Source: Gekko japonicus
Taxonomy: Eukaryota
Assembly: GCF_001447785.1 (NCBI RefSeq)
Contig: NW_015160223.1
Location: 83,959-147,958, forward strand
DNA length: 64,000 bases
Reading direction: 5' to 3'
A program made the position numbers and the translations under genes. Below are positions 25,040 to 37,198 of this stretch, one piece after another; within the stretch, counting starts at the first letter, position 1; every line of letters begins with the position of its first letter. The notes under the pieces are model-generated. The model had not been told where the DNA came from. It saw nothing but the letters and a program-made list of their open reading frames with translations, and ran no database searches.

Positions 25040-26132
25040 CATGTGTGGCGGCCCTTTGCCAGGCCCTGACCCCTGGCCAGGCGCTCTGGAGCGCTCCGCT
25101 GGGCGGTTAGAAAGGGGTGCCATGAGCAGGGGGGAGAGGCGGGACACTGCAGTTATTGGGCAGCTGGGGTGGGACTCTACATGCCGCTGTTGACCCAAAT
25201 ATGCTGGCGGGAGGCAGCGCGCCAAGTGGGATGGCGCTGAGTGGTGAGCAAAGCAGCAGACGGTGTGAAGCGAGCGCTTGGAGGGGCCAGTCTGCGCGGC
25301 TGGAAAGCCATGGCTGAGTGCCTAGCCACCCCCGTTGCAAGGCTGCTGGGACTGGGAGGTGCTCACGCATGCAGGCGAGCAGGCGGGCTGGCCGGCTGAG
25401 GACAGCCAACTTGTAATAGGAGTCAGCACGCCACCCAGCAACTTCACCTCGTGAGGGCAGCAGGGAGATGAGCGGCGCAGCTGGACAGCTGCTGGGGGTG
25501 GGGCTGGCTCTGCTGGGGCTGGGAAGGTGGGCAGTAGTGACGGAAGGGGCCTCGCTGCGCTATGCCCTACTGGAGGAGCTGCCACCGAGCTCACTGCCCA
25601 TCTGAGGCTGGTGCTGCCTGCCTGCCCGACTCCCTGTCCTCTTGCAGGGGCTGCTTTGCAGCTGTTGCGGCGGGACCGGTCTGCGGCCGCCTCCAACACC
25701 GCCCACCCCCACTGACAGCGCCACTGAGAGCCCAGTCAAGGGCAGTGTCACACCGCCCACCTGCCTGCCTGGGGCAGATGGCTGGGAAGAGTGCTGGGCC
25801 GGGATGGCCCACAGTCATCAGCCCGCGAAGGAGGGGAGGGAAGAATGCCTGCCTCGGCTGCCTCCAGCCACAGTGAAGCCCAGAGGCACCGCCCTCGGGA
25901 GCCTCCTGCGCCACACACTTGCCCCCAAGGCCAGCCTAAACGGTGTCCTCTCTCTTCTGAGGTGAAGGTGTGTTCTGTGGCGAATTTTGGCAGGCAGTGC
26001 CTCTTTGGGTGGGTCAAAGGCAACGCAGCCAGTGGCCAGGGACCTGTTTCTGAGTGGCAGATGAGCGAGCCAACTGATTTTGGCGCACATCAAATGTTGC
26101 CATGCGAAAATGCTTTTATATATAAGGACAGA
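25040..26132 (-). mobile_element. Probable non-autonomous Helitron (GC-rich body)
   Basis: Minus-strand 5' end A|TCTGTCCTTATATATAAAAG resembles vertebrate Helitron 5' termini. GC hairpin gcgctc-tg-gagcgc at 25081-25094 near the other end. Terminal CTAG not seen. Confidence 0.5.
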
Positions 26133-26559
26133 TTGCTGGAATAATGACTATAAACAGGGCTAAACACTTTTAAAAGGCGGGGTGTGTAGTATTAACCTAT
26201 GAGTATTGTATATTTTTTTCATCCTCCTAGTAAAATTGCTTCCAGTACAAATTAAGAAAAGTGGGGTGGAGGCAAAGTTTGCTGAGAAACACACTTCTGA
26301 GATTTTCTAGCTCCTGAGAACAGCCCCGGGGTGAGGTTGTTAATCCTTTGCCTATCCCAAATTTACAATCACCAAATAAGGGATACAAAACAAATCTTTC
26401 AACTATGAACTCAGACATTCTCTTTATTAGTTGGGAAAGGTAAGCAGACAACATAATTGAGCATTTTGTTGTTCTTGTATGATAATAATGAACTGTTAAC
26501 ATTCAAACCAGTCTAGGATTCTTTCGACTTCTGACCCCAGTACTTGTAGGGTTGTCACT

Positions 26560-26628
26560 ACTGCCCCCTAGAGTCAGAATCGACTAGCTTTCAAGCAAGG
26601 GAAATCTTTACCTTTTACCTTTACCTTT
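26560..26628 (+). mobile_element. Sauria SINE (Squam1) 3' tail fragment
   Basis: ccctagagtcagaatcgactagctttcaagcaagggaa followed by an (ACCTTT)n tail. Confidence 0.75.
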
Positions 26629-28581
26629 AAGACAGGGGTCCTTTCCACATTTGCCTGTCACCCCGGATTTTCTCAGAGTTCGACTTGAAGCAATGTACCT
26701 TGGGTTCATTCAAGTTTAGTGGTTGTTTTCTGCACACATTTTGTTGCATGCCATTTTGCTTGCTTGCCATGGGTTATGAATTCTACATCGCAAAGAGAAA
26801 ACATGGGATTTTTTTAATGGCCTGCCAGGTTCATGTACTTTGAGCAGCATTGTACTTTCTGGGGTGGCGGAGAGAGAAGTCAAAACTTGTCATAGGATGG
26901 AGATGAGCATCAATAGCTACGAACAGCAGGACTCTTTTGAGAGAAGTAGTGGGTGGGTGGGGCTGACCTTGTTTGTCAGCTACAAGGATGCTTATTAATA
27001 CCAAGTGAGGCCTACAGCGCTCAGCCAGAGCATTTCATGTCTCCAACCCTGCAGTAAGCCTCACTTGTGGAAAGCCATGCCAATTACATAACACTTCTAA
27101 ACGTGGCAGACAAGCAGGGAATACAGCAAGAAGCCAGGCAGATCCTCAACATGTCTGAGCCAGCTCTTCCCATGATTACGCCCTAAAGTAGGTAGATCAG
27201 AAAGGCCTTGTAATTTACCAGGCTTGGTTGCAGTACTTGTGCTCTTCACAGAAAGGTGATCATGTTCTTTTGTCTCGAAAGAATTTAGGAAGAAATGTAG
27301 GTGCCCCATCATTGTGTTTTCTTAGAAACCAAATCAATACAGCCCGGATTGTCTAGGACAATCCCCTTTTCAGCTCAACATACTGGTTTTCAGTGTATGC
27401 CTTGGGTATTCCAGCTTTCCAACCTGTAAGCACCATGTTATACAGCTTGTTACCAGCTGTCTCTTTGTGAAAGAGTTAAACAAATAAATGTATGCTAGAT
27501 TTGCTGGAACTGGTGTTGCCTAACGCAGGCAGATTACCAATAGCATTTTTTTTAAAAAATGACACAAATACATTTAAACAAACCATAGGATTTTATAATA
27601 CCAAATTTGAAATTCTAGCCCAGAGATTTGCTTTGCTGATACAGCAAACAAAAGGCCATTCTAAGCTAGTGTCCCACAGATGTGTATCTTCAATGACCTT
27701 TTGTTTTGTCATTTGCCTACTGTTACCTTTGAAAGATTTCATATATTGAGTCCTTGGCCCACTCTGAGGCATCATATCTTTTGAATGTGTTTTTCAAGAG
27801 TCCAGTTCTTTGGTCTCCATGAGGCTTCAGACACTTTAAACACCTTAGCTGAATCTCAAAAGGTTCCCTATCTAAGCAGAGGTGTTTTAAAGCAGACATA
27901 ACTTATTCATATTGGTCTTCAGTTCATGACTATTATTGAGCACTTACATAATAGAACTTTTGAAGTACTTTGCAATCCTTATTATTCCCATTTTATAGAG
28001 GAAGGAATTTAGGCTGAAAGCAGTTTGTTCCGCCCTCCCAAGTGGAATTAGGTGCCACAAAGGAATCCTGAGCTTCTAAGACTGCATATGAACCCCTCAT
28101 CTAAGCTCAACTTGCCACCTACCATTGTCATATTCACCAGAATAAGCTCTGGATCAAATTAATACGAACTATAGTGCTTGTAAGCCTTTTCTCCTGCTTT
28201 TGTAGGGTCTGTATAAAAAACAATGTTAAGGGTGCTTGTATTTTTAAAACAACTGATGCCATTGCAGAAAGGTGCATTTACAGCGGCATTTCAACCTTTG
28301 GGGGGCTTTAATGACACCTATATGGAGTGCCTGCTCAGTCTTCTGCCCACTATTCCCCCCCCATAGAACTGCACACATTTAAAAATGCTCCCCCCCCCCC
28401 TTTAGTCTCTTCTCCCTTTCCAGAACAGTCTGTTTCATACTGGCCCCCTACGGCTCAGATTTCTGAATTGCTACTACTCCAGAGAAGTTAAAAGTCCTCC
28501 TGCCTGAGCTGATCGATGCAGTCTTTAATTTGGTGTTGTGGACCCAATGATTTTTGTTCTTGGAGACTTCAGTATCCTTCA

Positions 28582-28864
28582 GAGAGCCAGTTTGGTGTAG
28601 TGGTTAAGTGTGCGGACTCTAATCCGGGAGAACCGGGTTTGATTCCCCACTCCTCCACTTGCACCTGCTGATGTGACCTTGGGTCAGTCACAAGCTCTGG
28701 CACAGCTGTCCTTGAAAAAGAGCAGTTTGTGTCAGAGTTCTCTCAGCCCCACCCACCTCACAGGGTGTCTGTTGTGGGGAGGGGAAGGGAAAGGAGACTG
28801 TAAACCACTCTGAGACTCCAAGTGAAGGGCGGGGTATAAATCCAATCTCTTCTCTTCTTCTTCT
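28582..28864 (+). mobile_element. Full-length tRNA-derived CORE SINE (Squam3-like)
   Basis: A-box tggtgtagtggttaag, B-box gggtttgattcccc, CORE ctctcagccccacccacctcacagggtgtctgttgtgggg, L2-type tail, (TTC)n. Confidence 0.92.
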
Positions 28865-28965
28865 ATCCATTCTGAGGCTGGGCTGCCCTGACCAGACCAG
28901 CTTGGACTTCATGGCCATCTTGACAACCATGGGACTGGCCCAGAACATTCTAGTCACTATGCATA

Positions 28966-29093
28966 TATTTGGTGGGAGACCACCATGGAATACCAGGGTC
29001 ACTACACACAAGCAAGCAATGGCAAACCACTCTGTATGTCTCCTGCCTTGAAAACCCTATGGGGTTGGTATAAATTGGTGGCAGCTTAACAGG
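28966..29093 (+). mobile_element. 5S rRNA-derived SINE (SINE3-type) fragment with RTE-type tail
   Basis: atttggtgggagaccaccatggaataccagggt matches the 5S rRNA 3' half (ACTTGGATGGGAGACCGCCTGGGAATACCGGGT). It is followed by gcaatggcaaaccactc...gccttgaaaaccctatgggg, an RTE/BovB-like 3' end. Confidence 0.7.
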
Positions 29094-29219
29094 AAAAAAA
29101 GGGGGGAGGGGAGAAGCATATGGTGGAACATACGCTTGATCTGGTTTTCTCTGGGGACAAAATACATGGCTTGGTAATGAGGGAACTTTCCACACTATTC
29201 TTGTCATGGACTAACCATT

Positions 29220-30878
29220 AGCTGGGGCGTTTTAGATCCACAATCAGAACCTCTCCAAGGGGGGGGGGGTCTGTTCCAGGAGTTTGATGGATCCAATCAG
29301 TTTCCTGACATTGCTTGGGCATTTTCTGTTCAGCAAGGTTTGTGCTGCTGGAGCAGCCCTGACTGATCAGTGGAATACAGAAATGACCTGGGCTGTGAAC
29401 GTGATCACTCCAGAGCACCCTCTATCCCCTGCAGAGTTCAAAAGGCACCTTAGTTTACTGAGAAGCTTGGAGCAATGAAATGGTGGGGCAGACAGTTGGA
29501 GCACAAAAGGAGGGAAAAACCTCAAAGTGAATGTGACCAAGCATAGGTGAGAGCACATTGTGAACACACACATGAAGACCCACGAAGCTGCCTTATTCTG
29601 AATCAGACCCTTGGTCCACTGAGGTCAGTATTGTCTACTTAAGACTGGCGGTGACTCTCTAGGGTCTCATGCAGAGGTATTTCACCTCACCTACTACCTG
29701 ATCCTTTTAACTGGAGATACCAGGGACTGAACTTGGGACCTTCTGCATGCCAAGCAGATAGTCCACTATTGAGCCACAACCCCCTCCCAAGTGTGGTTAC
29801 TCTGTGAAGGTGGCAAAGTGAGCTCACTTCTTCACCATCACTGCATCCATTCAAAGCCATCTAGTGGATCTTTTCCAGGTTGTGTAGGGGGCTCTTATCC
29901 CAGACTCCTGAAAATGTAGACCTGGAAAACATACAGGCCTTCTGTGATGCTTTTGCTATATATTTAGCAGATAAAATCACTCACATCCTCCATGACTTCA
30001 ATTCCAGAGTTCTGTCTCAGAATGCCATTGGAGTGAAGTATGCTCCTAACAGTATGGATGACTTTCAGTTGTGATGCCTGATGAACTGGACAAGCTGCTC
30101 AGAAGTGTGTGGCCCACCATATCTACTCTACTCTTGCTCTTTGTGGCTCTTGGTATCAAGCTGGCATGGGCTGGTTGAATGGGTCCAAGAGTTAATAAAC
30201 TCCTCTCTGTAGGACTGTGTAGTTCTGACTGCCTTAAAATAAGTGCTTGTGTAGCTCCTCCTGAGTGAGGTATCCCTGGACCCCACTGTCCTGAACAATT
30301 ACCACCCTGTGGCTCACATTCTGATCCTGGAGAATATGGATATCTAGATTCCTTTCAATCAGGATTCAGACCTGGGCTTGGGGTGGACATGGTCTAGGTT
30401 GCCCTGATGGATGATCTTCACTGGCAGAGTGCTACAAGGAGTGCATCCCTGTTGATTCTCCTGGACCTCTCTGTAGCATTCAGTACCAACAACCATGGTA
30501 TCCTTCTGGAGAGGCTGATTGAGTTGGGAGTGCGTACCATGCTTTGGTGGTTCCATTCTTACTTGACTGGCCATTTTCGAAAGGTGGCACTGGGGGACTG
30601 CTTCATGGCCCCATGGCGTTTATGGTATTGGGCCCTTTAGGGTTCCCTCTTACCCCCCCATGTTGTTTAACATATGCATGAAACCACTGGGAGAGATCAT
30701 CAAAGAATTAGAGTAAGATGCCACGAATATGCAGATGATACTCAGATCTACTTCTCCTTAACCTCTGAGTCAGATGGGTTTGTGGAAATCCTGAACAGGT
30801 GCCTTGAAATGGTAATGGTATGGATGACGACCAATAAGCTGAAGCTCAATCCAGACAAGACTGAGGTTCTGCTGGGGT
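29220..30878 (+). mobile_element. Degenerate L2 LINE ORF2 (RT region)
   Basis: LILLDLSVAF, HGILLERL, CHEYADDTQIY, NKLKLNPDKTEVLL; many stops and frameshifts. Confidence 0.85.
29571..29788 (-). mobile_element. tRNA-derived SINE with CR1-type tail (Squam2-like), nested in L2
   Basis: Minus: tggctcaatagtgg...gcatgcagaaggtcccaagttcagtccctgg...gtagacaatactgac...ggaccaagggtctgattcagaataaggcagcttc. Confidence 0.8.
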
Positions 30879-30969
30879 GTGCGCGCGCGTGTATGTGTGG
30901 TTTACCTGTAACATATCTAATGTTTTCCCAAGAATGCATTTGGAGAAAGGTTGTTCCCTCCCCACCATT

Positions 30970-31900
30970 AAATTTTATTGTAGGATTTTAAAAAACACAA
31001 ATATAAAAGTACAGAAAAAAGGGGGGGGGAGAAAAAGTTACCAGAGCACATCAGCGAAACTTTCATATTTCTCGACAACGGAGACAGATACAATTACAAA
31101 GTTGATAGTTAGTATAATATTATGGTTACTTACTCTAAAATTATAACATTAGAACAAAAAACTTCCTATCTGAAATTATCCTTAATTATCAAATCATATA
31201 TCATAAGTTCATTTTTTCACATTCATGCAAAAAGTCAATAAGACTTCCAGGTAGCCATAAATGTAAATATAGTATTTTTGCTAATCAAAGAAGTGAGTGT
31301 AGCCATCTTTGCTAATTTTAAATCTTCATCAACCATTTTTCTGCTGTTGGCATTATCAGTTTTCAATTTCTGTGTATATAATAGTCTCACTGCTAAAATT
31401 ATATATAAAAACAAAGTTCCATGGCTATTTTCCAATTGTTTGTCCATCAGTCCCAAAAGAAAAACTTCTGCTTTAATTTGAATATTAGTCTTTAAAATCT
31501 TCTGCATAATTGAATGTATTTGGATTCAACATTTTTTAGCTTCAGTACAAGTCCACCACATAAGGTAAAATGTCCATTCATGTTCCTCCCATTTCCAACA
31601 TTTATTCAAAGTATTTTTATACATTTTAGCTACCGTAGTTTATCCAGAGACATATACCAATGATACATAATTCTGTAGCAGTTCTCTTTAAGGTTAGAAC
31701 TTAGTGTAAATTTAAATTCCTTCAACCACAACCTTTCCCATGGTTCCATTTGCATTTTATATTATGCCCAAAAATTCTTAGCCCTTTTTGTCATACATTT
31801 TTAATCTGCTCTTCTTCTGTTTCATATTTCAGCAAGAGTTTATACATTTTAGCAAAACATGGTAATCATTTGTATATAATTCCATTTCAAATACAGTCTT
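30970..31900 (-). mobile_element. L1/Tx1-clade LINE 3' fragment
   Basis: Minus-strand CWKWEEHEWTFYLMWWTC zinc-knuckle remnant (~31548-31600), AEVFLLGL, AT-rich 3'UTR. Confidence 0.75.
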
Positions 31901-31904
31901 AGGT

Positions 31905-32650
31905 CTCCCTATTTCGCACCTCTAGAAAGAGTCCAGTCTAAGTTCCTAAAAACCATCTTACAGGTCCCTAGATGTATGTCAAATGCCAGGGTAAGACTGG
32001 AGACAGGCTGTTTAAAAGTTGAAGCCTAGGTCTGTATTCTATCAATACATACATGGCTAAAGGGGTGTCTCAATCCATAAGGTTTACTCCCTCTGATACT
32101 CTGCGACAAGTTCCAATCAAATTGGTCTAAGTCTGTTCAGAGCTATCTGCTGAAAATAGGCTTTTGCCCCCAGGTGCCCCTATCTTTTGGAACAGACCAA
32201 GCAAAAATATTAGTCAAGCAGAGACTCGAGGATATAGAACGCCAAACTGATCTTTCCAGCATACAAAAAATTTAGATGAGGGCAATTATCAAAAATACTG
32301 TGGGCACAGCCAACTATTTAACATCTCTTGAAGGGTTTAGGAGAGCGTTCACTCTGGCGAGGTGCTCTGCCCTCCCTTCTGCTGTACTTGAAGGAAAATA
32401 TAAGAATATTCCTTTCACAGAAAGGCTTTGTACCTGCCCATTAAGGGAGGTTGAGACTACAGAGCACATGTTTTTTAGATGTCCGTATTAGGTGGCGCGT
32501 AAGAAAATCATCATGCCACTGACTGAACAAATTTGGGCCTCTCCGAAAAAGCTAGACTCGAGTTCCTTCTATTCTACAATGCCTCTGTGTCAATTCTACT
32601 ATGCCAAGACCACGGCCACACAACCCGGAAATTAATTATTGTTCTCTGAT
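31905..32650 (+). mobile_element. RTEX-like LINE 3' fragment
   Basis: RRAFTLARCSALPSAVLEGKYKNIPFTERLCTCPLREVETTEHMFFRCPY is a C-terminal zinc-finger region typical of RTEX-group ORF2. Confidence 0.6.
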
Positions 32651-35149
32651 TTAAAAATGTGGGCTTTTTATTTTTAATTATTTTTTTAAATTGTTTTCTT
32701 CTTTTATGGAGACTTGTTTCATGAACTTGAAGGAATCCTTGAAATAGACAATGTGATCCATAAATGCCTGCCTGTGAGGGAGAAGGGCCACAAAGAGCCA
32801 CATGTGGGCCCTGTGCCACCACTGGCCTGGCTGGGTGTAAAAACAGTCAAGGCGGGAATGTGACTCTAGGTGGTGTAGTAATTTTTCTTCACCCAGGCTA
32901 GAACCTGATAAAAGGTTGGGTTCACTTGGGAGAGAGGGGGAAGGATAGCAAGGAAAGAAGGCTGCCAAAAGAAGAGTTATATGCAGGTGGATTACTCAAG
33001 GGAGGAACAGAGACTGCTCTCAAAGAAAGAAAAGGCTCTGGACCAGGACCAAGAAGCCAGGAGTAACACCAGGCTAAGACGCTCTCTACGTGAGGTGGGG
33101 CCACCTGGCAAGCTCCAAACCTAGGGAATGGGGAATGAGCATACAAATTAAAGGGAGAGTACCCATGGTCTGTAGTATAAAATGAAAAAAAATAATAAAA
33201 GTATACCCTCGGGTATTTATTTTTTTAAAAAAAGGATACTATGCATTTTCGTAATATCTGGTGCCTTTTAAACATGCTACTGTGTAGATGATTATTAGAT
33301 TCTTCAAGGTAAAAAAGAATCAAATGGGTATTAATTTGGCTCCAAAAATTTGCTCTCACACTCTAAAAACAAAACACTATAGTCCAAGAACTAAAATGTC
33401 TTCCTTTCCATGTAGCATATTCACAAAAATCTTTCAGAGTGCATTTACAGTACCACCTACTCTGTGCAGTATTTCCCCCCGCCCCCCCCCGGTTTGTGGT
33501 TTTGCATTCAGCACAGAAAGTTTCCTCATTTGCTTTACTGTGAAATTAGATTTAAAAAAGAGGTGAGCTTTTGCAATGGCTACCCTGCTGTAGTAAGCCC
33601 ACACTGAGCTGTGTGTGAGGTGGGGTGGGGGAACAACACCCCTAGAACTTGACAATAAACCACAGCAGCATTGGGTGAAAAAGCTCCTACATAACACACA
33701 CAGCCCACAGGAAAGGCTTTTTAAAAATGCCACACAGTATAATTAGATGGGCCCAACCGGACTGGCTTTCATTTCCTGTGAGTCCTTCATTTCAGAGCTG
33801 CCATCACTCAAAGAGCAGTGATTACTTTAACACCTTTGCTGATTACATAAGAGACAGCATGCACCCGGGTGTGGCGTAATGGGATAGAAACACATGTGCT
33901 GAGAAACAAGCAGTCACAAGCACTGCTGTCTTCCAGCAATGTTTGATGACCTTATTATCCTTACAAAGCACATGTATGATTTTGCAAACGAGGATGGTAG
34001 CGTCTTACTGTTCTGGGATACAGGGTGGAAACGATTGTACAGCTTTCATGGTGACTAACAGGGGAATGATCTAGTCAGGACTATGGTAGCTAGCAAGCCT
34101 CAAGTAGTCTTGGCAAGAAAAAGATAATTAATCCCTTCAACAAATCTCCCTATCATGACTCTTTCTTGGGAAGCCCTTCCATTTGCTAATGAACAATCCT
34201 GGCTGCATACCATCTGGCTAAGCCCCCTAACATTATGGCTGAGCATTGCTACAACAGAGTTCAATTCTGGAGCACAAAACTGTCTTAAGTTATCACAGCA
34301 TGAATCAGTCCAAAGTCTAGGATTAATTTATTGTTCTTCAGCAGCATCCCCCATACCCAACCATGAGACCAGACAAAAAGACAATGGCTTGGGGTCTATG
34401 CCTTCTCCCTGCTTGCACTCATCTTTGCCCTTTACAAAGATGGTCTTCTGCTGCAGCATGCTTCCTCTGGTGCTAGGCACTTCCACTCATGCAAGACCAG
34501 TGTTTTTTGAAGAGCTGAAAAGTGTCTAGTGTGAGAAAATTGTGCTCCATAGCACAGGTCCACTTCTGCAGCGGCTAAAGAAAGGTTCATGCAGAAAGAA
34601 AGTACAGGAACCAAGCCATGGCCTTTTTACCATCTGATCTTCCGTGCTGCATCAAAGACATGGAAGACAGCCTGCGCCTGGAGAAAATGTACAATTTTTG
34701 TGATCTTTTTTAGCACTACAAATGGCTCCTACATATGTTTACTTGGCATTCAGAGAGACTTACACCCATTGAAAGGGCCACAGCCTTAAAGCACAAGTTC
34801 CTTGAAACAGTTTCTGTGGGAGCAGTTTTGTTTGAAAAAAGCCAAGATGCAGAGAAGACCCTGAAGTAATCTCTACCTTGCTCTAGGGAAAGCGTGCTGA
34901 GTATTCATTATGCAAAGAGAAGCAGAAAATAATAATGGCAGAACCTCAATGCCTGGAGGACTTGAATGGGCTTCCTTCAGTGCAGGCTGACACAACATCA
35001 GCTGCGCCTCAGCTGAAGAGCAACACTGCCAATAAGTTTCCAAAATGTCAATACAGCGTGACATTAAACCACAACAAACACACACATGTGCTTTGTCCTG
35101 ACTTCGTTTTCAAATTAACAACACTAATATCATTATTATTATTATTAGT

Positions 35150-37198
35150 CAGGCTGTACACAGACATGGTTTTATACGCAATGAGTCCTGAAAGATCATT
35201 ACCGGCTATATCAACAACGCTCACAGAATTTAGTGACATCTCTGGTGGCCTCAAAGTTAATTTTTCCAAATCCTTATTATATCCAGTTAAACTAACACAC
35301 TCTGTGTACATTCTTCGAAACTGCGCTTATAAATGGGTGAAATGCCATTGACAATATTTGGGTATACCAATCCCTGTGAATTTACAAGTCTTATTCAGCA
35401 TTATTTGGAGTTAGAAAAATCCATTTTATCTATGCTGACACAGTGGATAGATATGCAAGCTTCTTGGATAGATAGAATTAGTGTTATAAAGTCATTTATT
35501 TTACCTAGGTTTTTATTTAGAGCAATTCCAATTCATATTCTGGGTTACATTATACACAGATCGGAATCTGTGTTAACTAATTTTATCTGGCAAGGAAGGA
35601 AACCTAGAGACAATTTTAAAACTTTAAGCCGACCCCGAGACGAAGGTGGGCTAGCTTTCCCGGATCTTCATAGGTATTACAAGGCTACTGTTCTCTATTC
35701 CCTACTAAAATGTTAAAATAAAATATCTAGTGGACTGGAAAACCATAGAAAATATGGATTTACAACTTAAGACATTTCTGGAACTATTGTGGGCTAAGGA
35801 TTCTGATAGACCCTCAGCTCTGAACTCTAATTGCTTCCTATTATTGCTATTTAAAGTATGGGACAAATATCGAGGCACTTTTTCTCAATTTCCTTCCCCC
35901 TTACCAGCTTCCTTGGTCAACAATGGTTTCTTCTGGGGAAAGATCAGAAAGTTTTTACAACTTGGAAGGAAGCCAATCTTTGTAGATTTATTGGCATCTC
36001 TGAACAGGGACAGATTGTTGAATAAGATTATTTTAGATAGGAAGTGCATTACTCCTCTCCCACGGTATGAATACCTCCAAGTTAAACATATGTTTACCTC
36101 TCCTCACATACAGGACTGCTTAAAAAGTTCTCTTTTTAACCCAGATTCACAAAAGGGAATAATATCTAAAATTTATGGGATTCTTTTACATCGTACTTAT
36201 AAGAACCCTCTGCCCTATCAGGCAAAGTGGCAAATAGATTGCAATCGAGATATTTCTAATTCTCAGTGGAAGAGGATATGGACATCTTCTGCCTTCCGGT
36301 CTAAATTGCTCAAAGTGTGAGCCGCCCTGAGCCCGCATTGCGGGAAGGGCGGGGTATAAATTGAATAAAATAAATAAATAATAAAGTGCAACTTATCTCT
36401 GTTAAACTGCTCACGAGATGGTATACAACCCCATCCCTACTGCATTGTATGAATGTTTCCTGCCCCCCATTCTGCAGGAAGAACTGTGATGAGCAGGGAA
36501 CATTCATACATTGCTGGTGGTCATGAATATGTTAGACACTTTGGGGGCATTATACTTAACCAAATCAGAAATATAACTGGTTATACCATCCCAAATACAC
36601 CTGAATTACTATTACTGAATATGTGGGACAATTCTGATCTCCCTAAAATATGTCAAGAATTAATCACAATCTTACTTACTGCTGCTAAATGCCTCATAGC
36701 TCAGAACTGGATAAACTCATCTCTACCAGTGATAGAAAATTGGGATTTAAAGGTTTGGAATTTTTTTTATAATGGATAAAATTGTAGATTCTGTCTCACA
36801 TTCCAAACCTCATCTTGGTCTTTCTAACAGAAAAAATGGTTTCCCTTTTTGGAATCCACAGCTCAGAATTTGAAGTCGAAAAATTATGGTCTGCAACATC
36901 AGTACCACTATATATTGTCTCTCTTCTGAAGTAATGTGGAATAGAAGTCCTATAATCTCACTCTTCTATATTCTCGTTTTCTATTTAGCTCTAAAGTTAT
37001 GCTATTTAGATTGTCTTCTCCTATAAATGTTTGGTAATAGTTGCATTTGTTAAGTATGATTATTGCTTACAGGTTGTTTAAAGATTGTTGTCTTAAGATG
37101 CTGTTGGTAAAATATTGTACTATTGTTATAATTCAAATGCTGATGTTTGGATTGTTATAATTTCTTCAATTTTCAATAAAAATAAAAAAAATAAAAAA
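35150..37198 (+). mobile_element. L1/Tx1-clade LINE, 5'-truncated, degenerate
   Basis: LYTDM (YADD remnant), SGGLKVNFSKS, RISVIKSFILPRFLF, NFIWQGRKPR, GGLAFPDL..YYKA; AATAAA and A-rich tail at 37175-37198. Confidence 0.85.
36318..36382 (+). mobile_element. Ultra-short L2 3'-tail insertion in the L1
   Basis: tgagccgccctgagcc...gggcggggtataaat(TAAA)n with TSD AAAGTG (36312-36317 / 36383-36388). Confidence 0.85.

Noticed and set aside
25010-26144. Cluster of overlapping ORFs or an orphan CpG-island gene
   Set aside because: Stop-poor GC-rich repeat interior; better explained as a transposon body.
28582-28660. tRNA or 5S rRNA genes (here and at 28966, 29720, 55600)
   Set aside because: Pol III boxes belong to SINE heads; no complete cloverleaf or full 5S sequence.
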